64,000 bases of DNA from positions 12,214,001 through 12,278,000 of the forward strand of contig CM106585.1 of assembly GCA_048013815.1 (NCBI GenBank), in the 5' to 3' direction. Origin of the DNA: Setoptus koraiensis. Taxonomy: Eukaryota > Animalia > Arthropoda. The number at the start of each line of letters is the position of its first letter. Position 1 is the stretch's first letter. Positions 35,301-48,947 of this stretch are shown one piece after another. The position numbers were made by a program, and so were the translations under genes. A model generated the notes under the pieces. That model was not told the origin of the DNA, did no database searches, and saw nothing but the letters and a program-made list of their open reading frames with translations.

Positions 35301-38300
35301 GAGCGGCTCGCGACTCGCTCATTTAGACTCATTATTTGTCTCGCACAACGATCGCCGGATGCCGCTGCCGGCGAGCTTGTTGCGCCAATCGCGAGAGAGA
35401 GAGAGAGACAAAAGACGAAACGGGATGAATAATAATGATAAAAACACAAAATGATGCTGGCGCAAACACAAAGACTGTCTTTGTGGCGGCGTCACGAGCC
35501 GGCCCAGATCGAAGCTGTTGGCGCCAATATTCTCGAAACGAACAAACACATCGCTGCTGAATTAATTCGCTGAATTCGGCCCGTTAAGTAGCTCGCTGCC
35601 AGCGAATTGGCAGCGAGCGGCTCGTTGGCTGGTGGGCATTCATTCATTCATGGCAGCGCTGTTGTCATGTTAACAATGATGAATGATCAGATGAATGACT
35701 GGACAAGATGATTGCGTCAATGCCAGCCAGCCAGCATCTCGGCCGCCATTCATGCCAATTGGCCATACCAGTGGCAGCCGGCAGCTACTGGCCGGCTATT
35801 CACCTGACATGGCCGCAATTTGCCGCCTCGTTTGGCCGCTCAACTCACCTGAGCTCACCACTGACTGGACAGTGGCCACAGTGCGATGACGTAATCATTA
35901 GCGCCATATCGATTGCACACAGCAAACGGGCCAGCACTCATTGGCCATAACTCAAACTCAATGGCATCATCACTTGCCACCGACCAATCACCACAACATG
36001 ACACACAACAACATGAGACCACGACAGCACAGTTACGTCACTGGCTGGCCCAACCAGTGGCGCAACACTGACCAGTGACGCAACATGCTGTCTTGTTAAG
36101 TTGTCATATTTGTTGTTGGCCAATTCAATGTCCACTTGCGCTGATGCCTACACATCAAGTGGTCAGTTTTGACTTTTGACTGGCGCTCAACTTTGGCCAC
36201 TGTCGCTGCCGTTGTTGTTGCTCGGGTTGTTGCCGCTGCTGTTGCTCGGGTTGTTGCCGTTGTTGTTGCTCGGGTTGTTGTTGCCGGCCAATGAAAGCGA
36301 CTGTCGACGGTGATCAATGACCCGCCTGGCGGCGGCCGCCGGTTGCAATTTTTGCCATGCAAGCCGGCCACAGACCAGCCAAAGCGACGCAAGGCAAAGT
36401 GATCGCATCATTGCGATCGTTTGAATCACGTCACCTGTTGTTGTCGCTGTTGCTGCCGTGGCCGCTGTTGTCGCTGTTGTTGCCGTTGTTGTTGTCGGCG
36501 TTATTGTTGGCCAACAACAACAACAGCATTCTGTTTGTCTAATTACAATGTTGGGCAATGTTTGTCTGTTTGCTGCGTCGGCTCTCTGTCCATCAGCGCT
36601 GTCCATTTGCGCTGTCCATTTGCGCTGTCCATTTGCGCTGTCCATTAGCACTGTCCGGTGGTGGCCAACTGCACAACAACGGGTACAGTCTACAACAGGT
36701 TCATGATCGATCGGTGTCGGTGTCGTTCAGCGGCACACACACACCATTACCGTTACTACATAATATATGATATATGTATTATGCAATAATATTATCGTCA
36801 CAATACATCATGAGCAGCGTAGGCACAGTCCGTCATCATCATTGTTATTATTATTATTGTTATTACAACAACTATAGTGATAATAACGGTGCACGAACAA
36901 CGGGCCCGCAGCACCCATGCCAACCTGGCGCGGGCTCCTCTGCAAGCCACTGTCTATTCACATTTTGCACATTTTGTGCACTTTGCACATTTCGCGCACT
37001 TTGCACATTTTGTGCACTTTGCACAACTCAACATTGTTACGCAACAATCGCAATGCGATTATCGCATCGAGTCGGCCAGTGATAGTCAGCGCTAGTCTGT
37101 GACTCATGCACTGTGAGTGATGGTAGTCGACTCTGACGACACTATTGGCCAGTCAGCTGGCAACTCACCTGTTGCCAGGTGAGGGCCAGTCACTGCGAGC
37201 GCTGTGATGAATGGCCGTGCCAGACAAAGAGGAGCTCGGCCTATTGATTTGGCACTTTGTGTCGAGCTCGCCAGGCAGGCCGTCGAGCTTTTGAGCTCGA
37301 TCTTTATAACGATATCTTTATAACGCTCAGCTAACGGATAAGCGGCGGCGGCGGCGGATAACTAACGGATCTGACTAAACTGGAGGAAGGCAAAAAATTT
37401 GATTAGATAATCATTATTATTAGCACTGCTATTGGCACTGGCATTGGCAGTGGCGGGCAACCTTCGCCACAGACCGAGTAGTAAAGATATCAAGCCGATA
37501 TCCACTCATGCGCTTGGCTTGCCCGCGCTGATGTGTGCCAGATATATTGCCAGATATATTGCCAGATATATTGGCAGATATATTGCCAGATATATCTGGC
37601 AATTGTGGATATTCACGGACACTCACTCGCAATGAGAGTGTATCAAATTACAAATAGCTGGCTGCCATTGGACATATTGGCCCGCTCATGTGTTTTGCGT
37701 ATTGATCCAATTGATTGTCGCTGGGCCACTAATGGCAATTAGTGTCCACCGCTGTCGCCGCGCAACAACAACAGCAGCAGCAACAGCAACAACCACAGCA
37801 AGTGTATCAATGTGACAAGTGTATCAAGAGTCGATATTATCGAGAGAGAGAGTTGTCATAACAGTGACACAGCAGTTGACACAACAGCTGACACAACAGC
37901 TGACACAACAGCTGACACAACAGCTGACGCAGTTGATACAGTCGCGAGTCGCGAGTCGCGACAAACAATCTCGGCCTAGCCAACGGGCTCGCCAATTGGC
38001 TGGCGTCTGGATTGTGAGTTTGTGTGGATGTAGTTTGTTGGACAGTTTGTATGTATTCTAGTTAATTTAAGCGTATGTTAAGTGGTTATTAGGCCGTAAA
38101 TATAGTCGCAAATTGGCAGTTTATTTACGTTGGATGTCGAGCAACTTGTTGGGCAACAGCAACAACCTGTTGCCCGCCTGCACATTGGCGCCGATATACG
38201 CTCATTTGATTTGGCGTGCCAACAGTGTTGGCGACATGCGACCCTTTCGCTTGTATCGGCTGCTCGTTTTATGCCCTGTGTATCGGCTTGCCAATCGGCG

Positions 38301-41300
38301 ATCGCCAATGACAAACTCGCCCCCGTCTGACACACCGTACCGTTGTTGTGTCGTCAGCGGCTAGCTTGCCATAGTTAGCTTGCCAAAGTTAGCTCGCCAT
38401 AGCTGGCTTGCCAGAGCTTGTCAGTCCAGTTATCGAGTCGTTGGTTGGCTCGCTCGCTCGCTCGACCACTCACGGCGGATAATTGCTCGTGTTGTCGCGC
38501 TCTCTCGCACATCTCGTCGTGTTATCGTCCGCGATCTGCAATTTAAAACTGCCAGCCACCGCCGGCCGACTGAACCGAAAATAGCTGCAAGTTTAATAGT
38601 GTCGAGATAAGCGCCACAGCCGAAATGAGCCCAATATCTGGCGATTTTGGTATCATTGATCGCTTCATTTGCCTATGCGCCCGATAATGTAGCCGTAGTC
38701 GTGTCGTAGTTGGCTGTGACGCGCTCACTTATTATCGCCCTCCGTTTCGAGTCGCTTATTAGGCGCCCGTTAAGTTTATTGGCAGCAACAACTTTGGTGC
38801 AATTTAAATTGGAATTATCCACATTTGAATAAATTCACATTTCGCCCTTAATGAGCGCGTCTCATCCGATTCGCCACGCCGTCCGTCCGCCGCTCATACC
38901 CCAACCAAACGGTTGCCCCTGCCAAACGTGTACCCCTGGCAAAGCTGCCGAACGCTGTCGCAAACTCTGTCGGCGAACCGCTCGTAGCACGTCTTGCCGG
39001 GCGCCCAAACGCACGGGCTTTCCGCACGGCGAGCCGAGCGCTCATGCCCCGGGGTCACACACACACACTCAAACTAAAACTGGCCATTTAGCCAATTTAA
39101 ACAAGAGGATATAAAATTATCCATTCCATGCCAGTGAGCAGGCTTCTTCAGATGCGCTCGCTGGTCGGGCCGGCTCAGCTCGACGGCTCACAACGCTGTC
39201 AGCGGCTCGGGCCGGTGTCGGGCCGACGCACAATGGCCACAACGGTCGTCAACAATTTTAGATAATAAATATAGCAATAAACATGGCCCGATATGCTTGC
39301 CATGGCAACGCCAGTAGCCCGGGGCGCTACCATTTAAAACATTTGCAACACATAAACAGCATTCACAATATATGCACTGTTGCCGTTTGTGAGAGCATTG
39401 AGCGCATTAGGACCCAATTTGCAGTTTGTAATGGGCCATTTAGGCGCAACCAATCCACTGAATCAGTGGCACCGATTTGGCACTGGCAGCGAGGGCGCCA
39501 CTGTGCCCGAGCGGCCACTGATCGGCACCGATCGCGAGTCGCACTTTGGGAGTCGCAATTTGCGAGTCGCAATTCAGGAGTCGCAATTTGGGACCGATCT
39601 AACAAAATGTTGTAAATGGCTAAATGATGTTTAATAGATGGCGCGCAGCGTGAATATCGGCCAGCATTGTGCTATCAGCACGTGCTGGCACGTAGTGTTG
39701 GGGCCTGCCAGTGGGCACGTGAACCGGGGCGCCACCTATGCGAGCTTGCAGCGTCGACGGCTGGTGGGTTGTTTGCGCTGGCGAGACATGTGCAAGTGGC
39801 TAATCGCGCGATAAGTTCAGTCGTTTACGGCTAGGCGGTGCGACAGTGAATTGTGATTAATGGATCACAGGCACACCATTAGTCGGCTGGCGGGAATTTG
39901 TTTATTTATGTCGGTTTGTTGTCGGCCGGCTGGCCCTGACTTTGTATATATATTTATATGAATAGTGTGTGTGTCGGCACGAGAGCTTGGAATTTCAATC
40001 ATCAGTTAAATTGTTAATTACATATTATTTATTTAACAATTTACTCTCGATGGCATCGCCGTGATAACGCTGCCGTATGATAACACTGCCACCAACGATA
40101 ATAATGGCGTCTATTTCAATCAACATTGTTGATTCATTCAACAATGTGTTTGCGTCTCGCCACACGAGCAACAACAACAACAACAATTACGACAGCGCTC
40201 TCAGCTGATCAACCGTCAGCTGATTAACCATTAGCCTGGCAACAATGCCTGCCGACTCTGTCTCGACATTGGCGAGCTTGCCAGATTGGCGAGCTCGCCG
40301 AGCCGGCAGCCAGTGTGTCGCTGTTGTTGGCCAACGCGCGGCCACAACACGGCTATCACACGGCCATCATACGCTTGTCGTACGGTTACACGATTAGCCA
40401 ACGAGCGCACGATGAAATCGGACGACCGGCTAACAGAGCGAGTGATGGATGGTGTGCCAGCGACTCGTTGGCGGCGGCGGGCTGCCCGTCGCCGCCGGCC
40501 CGCCGCACCGGTAAGCCACTCGCGACGGGCAACCCGTCGCTACCGGTGAGCCGCTGTCGGTGAGCCGCTGTCGGTGAGCCGCTGCCGGTGAGCAGCAGGT
40601 TGCTGTCGGGCCGGCCGCCGACATCGGCACGGGCGCTGTGTTTGGCGCAGTGCGCGCTGTTATCAGAGACGCCTGTTATCAGTGGATTCCGATGGTTGGA
40701 GCGGTCGCCGTCGGAGCGGTCGCCGTCGGAACGGGCGTCGTCCTATCACCCCGCTTCAGGCCGGAACAATGGGCGGCGGCAAATTGTGGCGGGCCGGAAC
40801 AATGGCGCCGGCGCGGCCGGCCGAAACAATCGAGCCGGCGCACGGCGCCATAGGTCCGAATGCGTGGCCATGTGCGGGCCGGCCCAGTGGCCGTGTGCGG
40901 GCCGGCCCAGTGGCCGTGTGCGGGCCGGCCCGGCGGGCCACCATCGGTTTGTGTCGTGCTGCACAAGCCGATAAAAAGCCCTGATCGATTGTATGCGCAT
41001 TATCCCGTGCTCGCCATCACAATCGGCGATACCGATACGCCGAGCGAGCGATACGCAATCCGCCGAATCAGCGCCATCGGACGCCGCTTGGCCATTGTGT
41101 GCGATTGGTTATTTTTGCTGGCATCGGCAAAGGCAAAAAATAACCAGCCAACTGTTGCCATTGTTGCCTTGGCCGGCCCGCCAACCCGTACTCAGTTGCG
41201 TATCTCGCTCACCTTTGCATCGCTTGATCAGCGCCCGATCGGGCCCGGCCCAGCCCAGCCGGCAAGCCAAGCGAGCCGAGCCGAGCTCGTTTGCGAGCGC

Positions 41301-44300
41301 GACCTTGATCTATCTGGCGGCCGCAGTCTGGCTGCTGGTGAAACTCAAAATAATGACTAATTTACACACGTACACGCACACACACACGCACACACACACA
41401 CACTCGTACAATCACTGCAATCGTACAATCGCCACAATCGCATGCAAATATTTGCGTATCAGCAACAAGTGGGCCGATAATGGCAGCCGGCTCGACAGCG
41501 AGCGCAAAGGCCGCCAGCTGATGCGGCCCGCTCGCCGCTGCGGGTTGGCCGTGGGCCGGCCCGACGGCCCGCAACAGTGACAGGCCCGGCTGGGCTAACT
41601 CGAAGAGCCGATGCGGTCGCTGCCCGAATGGCCGCCGCTCGGCGCTCGCGGAAACATTTCGCCACTCGTCGCCATCGTCAGCCTGATCGACCGTTCGGGC
41701 GCCTGACTGTTCGAGCGTCAACCGGTCGGACGGCCGGGCGTTCGCACATCCGGACGGGCAGGCGGGCGCAATGCGAGGGCGCCACCTTGTCGGCGATGCA
41801 AATCATTTGCAGCAAATGCAAACGAGATTCGGATAAATTCATTAGGGTTCATCAGCAATGTTCGTGTATCAGCGCTGGCAGCCAACTAATTTGCCACTCG
41901 TCTAATCACTTTGCCTGTTGGACTGTGCCAGTCGGACTGTCGGCCGACGGTCGCAGTCACGGCTAACTCTCGTGCAATAAGCTCGCACATAAGCGGCTTA
42001 TTGGCGCCGAGCGGACAGCGGGCCGGACAAGCGGTCGCGTCAAGTTGCTCGCGACTCGCGAGCGCCGTCAACCGGCCTGGCTGGCCATGCCACTTCCGGT
42101 CAGAATATGAGCATGAGCCAATTGAGAGATGCGGCAACAACAGCAACAACAACAACAACAACACACACGACATTGTTCGACAGTCAATGGGCACACTTTG
42201 GACAAATTGCAACAGCGCCAAGCATTGACCAGTGGTCAGCTCGATATGACAGTGGTCACGTTTGTGCATTCACCTGTGCTCACCTGGACGACGGGCAAGA
42301 ATGGGCAAATGAGCAAACAGGCAAATAAGCAAACAGTCCATTCAAATATCACACAACCATGCATGCCGTTGCTAACGATCTGTCTCGCCAGTACCACCTG
42401 TAGATCGGGGCGCACACTCGCTGGACAGTCGGTCAGTTGTGGTTGCTGTTGTTGGCCGTGGCTGCTGCTGCTGTTGGCCGTGGCTGCTGCTGTTGGCTGT
42501 GGTCGCTGTTGTTGGTTGTGGTTGCTGTTGTTGGTGTTGTTGTTGGCGTGGTGGTGGTGACTGTTGCCGGCCGGGCAAATTATTATTATTGTTATTTGAT
42601 TGTTGTTCGCGTTTGACGTCCAAACGCGACGTTTGCTTTCTCTAACTCGTTGTGATTGGTTTATATTCAATTATTATTAATATTAATATTTGTTGTATGT
42701 CCATTCCATTATTCACTTTGTTGTTATTGCTCTACTTTTCTCGCCCTCGCTCGCTCGCTCACTCTTCGCTCGAGTCCAGCAACCGAACACAAACGAATAA
42801 GACACTGTGATGGACTACTTATCGTTATTATCCATTATTTAGTCTGTCCAGTCTGGCCATTTCTGCAAACCTCTTTGCATTATGCCATTCCTGAAAACTG
42901 CTTTGCATTATGCCATTCCTGCCAACTTTTTTGCATTGTGCCATTGTGCACTGCGCGCGCTGTGTGCGCTTTTTACAATGCTCTGGTCGTGGTTCGGTCA
43001 GGCGCCGCAAGAGAGCACCCCAACAATAGCAAGTGGCTGCACGCAGTTCAGTTCGGCGAGACGCTCACACCGTTTTAGCGTCCATTGAGATCTCGGAGGT
43101 TGGGCCGCTGCGAGCGCCTCTCGCGGGCCCTCCCAAAACTAGACGCGCGAGCACGAAATACAAGCAACACAGCGCGCGCGCTATACAATCACTCACTCGA
43201 TATGTCCATTGTGGATATCAGGTGAATTCACAGCAAAACTATCCAGCGATTGTGATTATTTTTTATTATGCAGATTCATGCAGTTTGCAGTTGGCAGAGA
43301 ATGGCATCTGAAGGGTTAAATTGAGTTAAGTGAGAAGCGCTGGAATCAAGAGCAAAGCAAGGCAAATCGTCAATGACTCGCGATGAGCCAAGGTCGCCCG
43401 CTCGTCCGATCCGTCGGCCGGCAGCAACAACAGCGACAGCGACAACGGCAACAGCGACAACAACGCCAACAACGCCAACAACGGCGGCCAAGCATCTGGC
43501 AAGACCGGCCAGTGCCCGTGTGCAGGCCAGCAAATGGCCTACATCCAGCCGAGAGAGATAGTCGTGACTTTCGCTTGAAGCGCGACGCCAGGTTCAATGC
43601 ACTTGGCTCGCTTCTGGCCGGACTTTGGTCGGCTCGACGAGGAAATTTGCATTTTTGGCCGGTCGTGCCCACGGTGGCCAATCAATTCGTTGCTCGGCTC
43701 GCCAACCGGCGTGCCCCTCGTGGGTAAACAAACAAGCTCGTGCCACTTTTGTGTGTTGGCACGCACCGCAACAGACGGATTACAATGCGATTTTGCTTAT
43801 TTTGGGCCAAAACTTTTCGCGAGCGCCAGTTGACATGAGGCCAGCGACTGTGACTCACTCACAGTCGCTGTGAGAACGTTCCAAGAAGCGCACCTTTGCA
43901 AATTGGAAAATTGAAATTTGAGCCATGCGCGTGCCCCGTATGTCGCGAGCTGCAGCTTGTTGTGGGGCCCCAACGGCGCTCAATGCGAGATTACGCGTTG
44001 CGGGACGAGATTATCGCGCCTTGTGACACTGTTGACAGTTGTCAGTCGGAAGCGCCCCTCAAAAGGGGGCCACTCGACGACAAATTAATGGGCTCCGTTT
44101 GGCGAGCCGTGTCTTTTTGGGCCGCTTGAAATCGCTTTTGGGAAATGCTAGAAGCGCGGCAACTGCTGCGGCACTGTCCGCCGGCCACTTGGGTCCGATC
44201 GAATTACCTCGGCCGTGTCAGCTGAACCGGTCCGACCGTGTCGTGTCGCGCGGACCCGCCACTGGCCCGGGTGCACCCCGACTCTCCGCGGGCCGGCTCG

Positions 44301-45548
44301 AATTGTGTGGCCCGGATTGGGCTCGGTTTGTCGCGGATTGTGCACTGAGGCGGGCATTTCGGAATGGTTGCGATTCGCCAAAACACACGACACAATGGGT
44401 GAGCCTTTGCATGGCTCATGCAGCTTTTATTTGGGCGCGAATTAGGCGCACGCGGCCATAACGAGGGGCCCGCCGAGGCGCAATAGAGAGAGAGAGAGAG
44501 AGAGAGTCAATAGAGCGCAATCAGGCCAGCGCTGCGAGCCCGTTATTTAACGGCGCCATTGAAGCGATTGCGAGGCCGCACTTGGCCCGACAAACCACCG
44601 CTCGGGCCGCCATATGGCCAGCTTGCGGGGCCGAGCCGAGGCGCATAAACAGGGCAGCGCAGTTTGACCTAACAACTGATTGCGTAAGGCGCCGTTGGTT
44701 GCCTGCAGCGCTCGTTGGCTGTTTGTTGTCGCAATGATGATGCAACAATAAACACACACACGACAATGGCCCAGTTAATTAGAGCAATCTGTTTTTGCGA
44801 GCGGTGCTTCGGGCCGCCGCCAGTCGACAGTCGACAGTTATACTGACCACTACACTGACAAGTGAGTTTGACAAGCGAACGGTGTTTGCCTAACGCACAA
44901 CAGCAACAACGGCGACAGCAACAACGGCCACAGCAACAACGGCCACGGCAACAACGACAGTGTCTGGTCAGCTGTGACCATGACACATAAGCGCGACGTG
45001 TCGCCTCGCGCCGACACTGATCATTAGCCAGTGGCCGTCACGAGCAAAGTGTCCACTACAAGATGACATTGATCAGCTGATGACGCGACGCTCATTGAGT
45101 TTCGGCTGGCCGAAAAGGCTGACTAAGTAATTAACGTTATGTTAATTCACGCGCAAACGAGCTCGCCGGCTCGAGCGAACGGCCATCTGGGGCGATTGGC
45201 GGCGGCGGCGTCGGCGGCGTTATTAGTGCCTCACTAGCCAGACTCTGGCGGCCAGAGTCAAATGGCAAGTAAGTGCCAAAAATAGGCTTGCGTAATGGGC
45301 AGCGGTCATTGGCACGACAATATTGCGACATGATATATTAATGATAATCAATTTATCGATGTTGCGCAACATTTTTGGCGACACGAGTCGGCCTATTGCA
45401 TGAATAGACTGTTGGTGTGCGTGTGTGTGTGTGTGTCGCAAGCGGCTCACGACGTGTATCAATGATGACATGACTCGATGACACACAATACACAAAATCA
45501 TCGCCGGCTAGTGTCCAACTGACACGCTAGCTCACCTGAGCTGGCGTG

Positions 45549-46270
45549 GGTCCCTATCGTTTCACCTAAACGTATACTTCTTCTAACAACCACTTCCACT
45601 AAAAACGCACTACACCAAAACACACATTTCATCTAACATGCACCTCATCTAACGCTATTTCATCTAAATCCACCAAATCTAACATACACTTCAGCTAAGT
45701 CTATTACATCTAACATACACTTCATCGAAAGTTACTACATCTAACATACACTACATCTACGCTCATCGATACCTGTTACCATGTTGGCCGATGAAAGTGT
45801 CGGGAGGGTACCATGGTCGGGTGGACGGCCGAAGCAGGCTTCGGCCGCCACCCCAGGCCAAGCCTGCCGTCCTAGCCTCGGCCTTCGGCCTCGGCCAGGA
45901 CGACTGACGGCTTGGTCGGGCGGCCTACGGCCGCCCTCTCCTACCAAAAAATGATTCTTAACGAGGGCTGGGAGTCGAGTGGGCGGGGCCCGCGATCGGG
46001 CCGGGTGTGCGGTGGGTAGGGTTGAGATAGGCCTCGAGGTAGTGAGCTTTTAGATGAAGTAAGCATCGATGTAGTGTGAGTTAGATGAAGTAGAGATAGA
46101 TATAGTGTATGTTAGATGAAGTAGAGATATATGTGGTGAATGTTAGATGCGGTGTTTGTTAGATAAAACGTGCTTTGGAAAAATGTGAGTTAGGTGAAGT
46201 GAGCTTCGATAAAAATTGTCGATGAAGTGTACGTTTAGGTGTGGGGACATACGATAAAATGGCAGTGAAC
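45549..46270. mobile_element. Non-autonomous foldback/MITE-like element with inverted subterminal repeat arrays and a GC-rich hairpin core
   Basis: CACCTAAACGTA(T/C)ACTTC occurs at 45563 and inverted ending at 46241. Arrays of CATCTAAC-like units lie on the left and GTTAGATG units on the right. An 11-bp direct repeat GAGCTGGCGTG flanks it at 45538-45548 and 46271-46281. Confidence 0.7.
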
Positions 46271-46465
46271 GAGCTGGCGTGTGTGTCTATTTACGTATGT
46301 GTGTGCTGCTAACAACTGGCAGCTATTGCGTAATGCACGTTATTACTTGTGTGTGTGTGTGTGTGTTATGTAAGCTGCTGGCGGGCTTACGTAACATCTC
46401 TGGCGCGTTATGGGCGCCCATCAACAAACAAAAGACGGGCCAAATGTCAACTCATTTGATGACCC

Positions 46466-46467
<2 letters not shown>

Positions 46468-46512
<45 letters not shown>

Positions 46513-46569
46513 CACACACACACACGCACACACGCACACACACACACACACACACGCACACACACACAC

Positions 46570-46606
<37 letters not shown>
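46468..46606. repeat. (CA)n microsatellite, about 140 bp
   Basis: Directly visible. Confidence 0.97.
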
Positions 46607-46607
<1 letters not shown>

Positions 46608-46847
46608 CGCGTAATGCAATGGGAGGTCGTCAACCAGCCGCCAAGCAGAAGCGGCGAGCCCAGCTATCAAATAGCGTGCATGCTCACCTGTCCGCCAGGG
46701 GGCCAACTTGAGCGCGTGCACTCATCATTTGGCAGCTTGTATGTTACACACATATACATGTTTTACTATACAGCACGCAGCGTATATGTTGCGCGGCCAT
46801 ATATCACACACGTACACATTTAATAAATAGATATATGTATATAAATA

Positions 46848-48166
46848 AGGTGTGGTGCGTATAAACGTAGACAACATTTCAAATGAATATTTGTCAATAA
46901 ATATTGAGCGTATTGTGTCAGCTGAGCTATGTGCGTGATCTATGACACGTGGTCTACGTGTTTCTTGGGTTTTTTTGAAATTATTTTGTGATATTTTAAT
47001 TATGGATGATCTCAACCAGCAGAGTCGTCGTGACCTAGTCACTGCTTATTTTAAAACCAATTCAGATGTCTCGGCATCTGATGCTTTCAAACATCTGAAA
47101 CATTTTGGATTCAGTCGGTCTGTGATTTACAAGTATTATAAGAGGTTCAAGGAGGGTTTGGCATTGGATCGAAAGCCAGGATCAGGCAGAAAACCATACA
47201 AAATGACAAAGAAGAAAGTTGAGAAGCTCAGACAGCTTGTTGATGGTGCCACACACATTTCTCAGAGGAAACTGGCTTTGAAGTTCAAAACCCATCACTC
47301 AACTATCAATAGGAGCCTGAAGAAGAATAATATAAATTATTATAAGCGAAAGGATGCTCCAAAAACAACACCAGAGCAAGAGAAACGTCAACTGGATCGC
47401 CTTAAAACTCTCTCTGAAGGAGTGCTCAAACCGGATGGCCGCCTGCACATTGTAATGGATGATGAATCTTATTTCACTCTGAGAGGTGATCACCACCCAT
47501 CATCAAAGGGATATTATTCATCCGACAAGGAGCAGGTGGATCCTTCTGTTAAATACAAACCCAGAGCCAAGTTCCAGACTCGCCTGCTCATGTGGATTGC
47601 CATCAGTCCCAGAGGCCATTCGAAGCCATATTTTGCCCCTTTGAGGTCATCAATGAACCAATTAGATTATGGAAATGATTGTATAATTGACAGGTTGGTT
47701 CCATTCATCAAGGAAAAATATGACAACAAGCGATACATCTTCTGGCCTGATGGTGCAACTGCACATTACGCTAAGCGGACCAAAGAGATTTTCAACCAGT
47801 TTGGTATCCGGTATATAGACCGGGATGAAAATCCTCCAAATGTGCCACAAATCCGCCCCATTGAGCGTTTCTGGGCTCACTTAAAGAACCAAGTTTACGA
47901 CAATGGTTGGCAAACAGATGATTTTGAACATCTTAAGTCAAGAATCAAGACAAAGTTGAAAAAATTTAGTGAAGAATATTTCTCGAATCTCTTCAAAGGG
48001 ACTCGAGAAAAAGTCCAACTCGCTGCAATGAACGGACCACTTAGTATCATCAAGTGATAGATGATACCCAGTCTTCTTTCTAGTGAAATATTTGATTGAA
48101 TAAAAAGCTCACCGTTGAATTTTATATTCGTTTGAAATGTTGTCTACGTTTATACGCACCACACCT
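46848..48166 (+). mobile_element. Complete IS630-Tc1-mariner DNA transposon, DD37E type, 1319 bp
   Basis: 36-bp perfect TIRs AGGTGTGGTGCGTATAAACGTAGACAACATTTCAAA (about 43 bp with 1 mismatch), TA at 46846-46847 and 48167-48168, and an intact transposase ORF inside. Confidence 0.95.
47002..48057 (+). CDS. DD37E transposase, 351 aa
   Basis: N-terminal HTH region (RKPGSGRKP), MDDESYF (D1), FWPDGATAHY (D2), NPPNVPQIRPIERFW (E); 37 residues counted between D2 and E. Confidence 0.95.
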   Translation: MDDLNQQSRRDLVTAYFKTNSDVSASDAFKHLKHFGFSRSVIYKYYKRFKEGLALDRKPGSGRKPYKMTKKKVEKLRQLVDGATHISQRKLALKFKTHHSTINRSLKKNNINYYKRKDAPKTTPEQEKRQLDRLKTLSEGVLKPDGRLHIVMDDESYFTLRGDHHPSSKGYYSSDKEQVDPSVKYKPRAKFQTRLLMWIAISPRGHSKPYFAPLRSSMNQLDYGNDCIIDRLVPFIKEKYDNKRYIFWPDGATAHYAKRTKEIFNQFGIRYIDRDENPPNVPQIRPIERFWAHLKNQVYDNGWQTDDFEHLKSRIKTKLKKFSEEYFSNLFKGTREKVQLAAMNGPLSIIK

Positions 48167-48827
48167 TATATGGATATACAGGTGCATCGTATATCCATAT
48201 ACCGCGCAACCGTTACGCCGTGCCCCATACGCGACGCGTCTGTGTATAAATGTACAGCGAGCCGCCCAAAAGGAAACATCTCGGCGCGCAATAGACGCGC
48301 ATCTTATAAATAGTTATTGTGTCACTAAATATTTATAAAAGTTCATGTTTACATTTATGAGATTACGGGCCGCTATATTTAGCCGGGCAGCGGCCAGCTT
48401 GTGGGGCCCGCTTGTGGGGCCCGCAACTTGAGTTGTGGCAGCGTGCTGCTGGCTTACTGAGCTATTGATTTCAATAATATCCGCCAGGCGCGCCAGTTAC
48501 GTAAGCGCTGGCTGGCTGGCGAGCTTGTTATGCACACACTCACAAATGTTGTCAAATATAGAATTATCGGCACACAAACACGACAGTCAGTGTCTATTAA
48601 TATCCCGCGAGGAGCAACCCATTTGGCCGCTTATTTTATTTGCTCGTCCTTGCGGCCTGTTCGGCGCTCTTCGATCGCCGCTTTTCGCCCCCCCCCCCCC
48701 GCCGGGTATTGGTGGGCGCTCTCGCGGTGCGGAATGCGCCGTGCGGAGACCCGACACGACACAATGACAACAGCTGCCGCGAGCAAGCGCTTGTTATTGT
48801 GCCCTGAAACACCGCCACGGGTCGACC

Positions 48828-48947
48828 GGCTCCCTTTAGGCTCGCTTTTAGGCTCGCTTTTAGGCTCCCTTTTAGCCTCCTTTTTAGGCTCCCTTTTAGG
48901 CTCCCTTTTAGGCTCCTTTTTAGGCTCCCTTCTAGGCTCCCTTTTAG
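48828..48947. repeat. 12-bp minisatellite (GGCTCCCTTTTA-like) about x10
   Basis: Directly visible; each unit junction contains TTAGGC. Confidence 0.92.

Noticed and set aside
45780-46040. Possible hammerhead ribozyme or retrozyme in the GC-rich core of the foldback element
   Set aside because: The CTGANGA...GAAA catalytic core is not present in the right arrangement.
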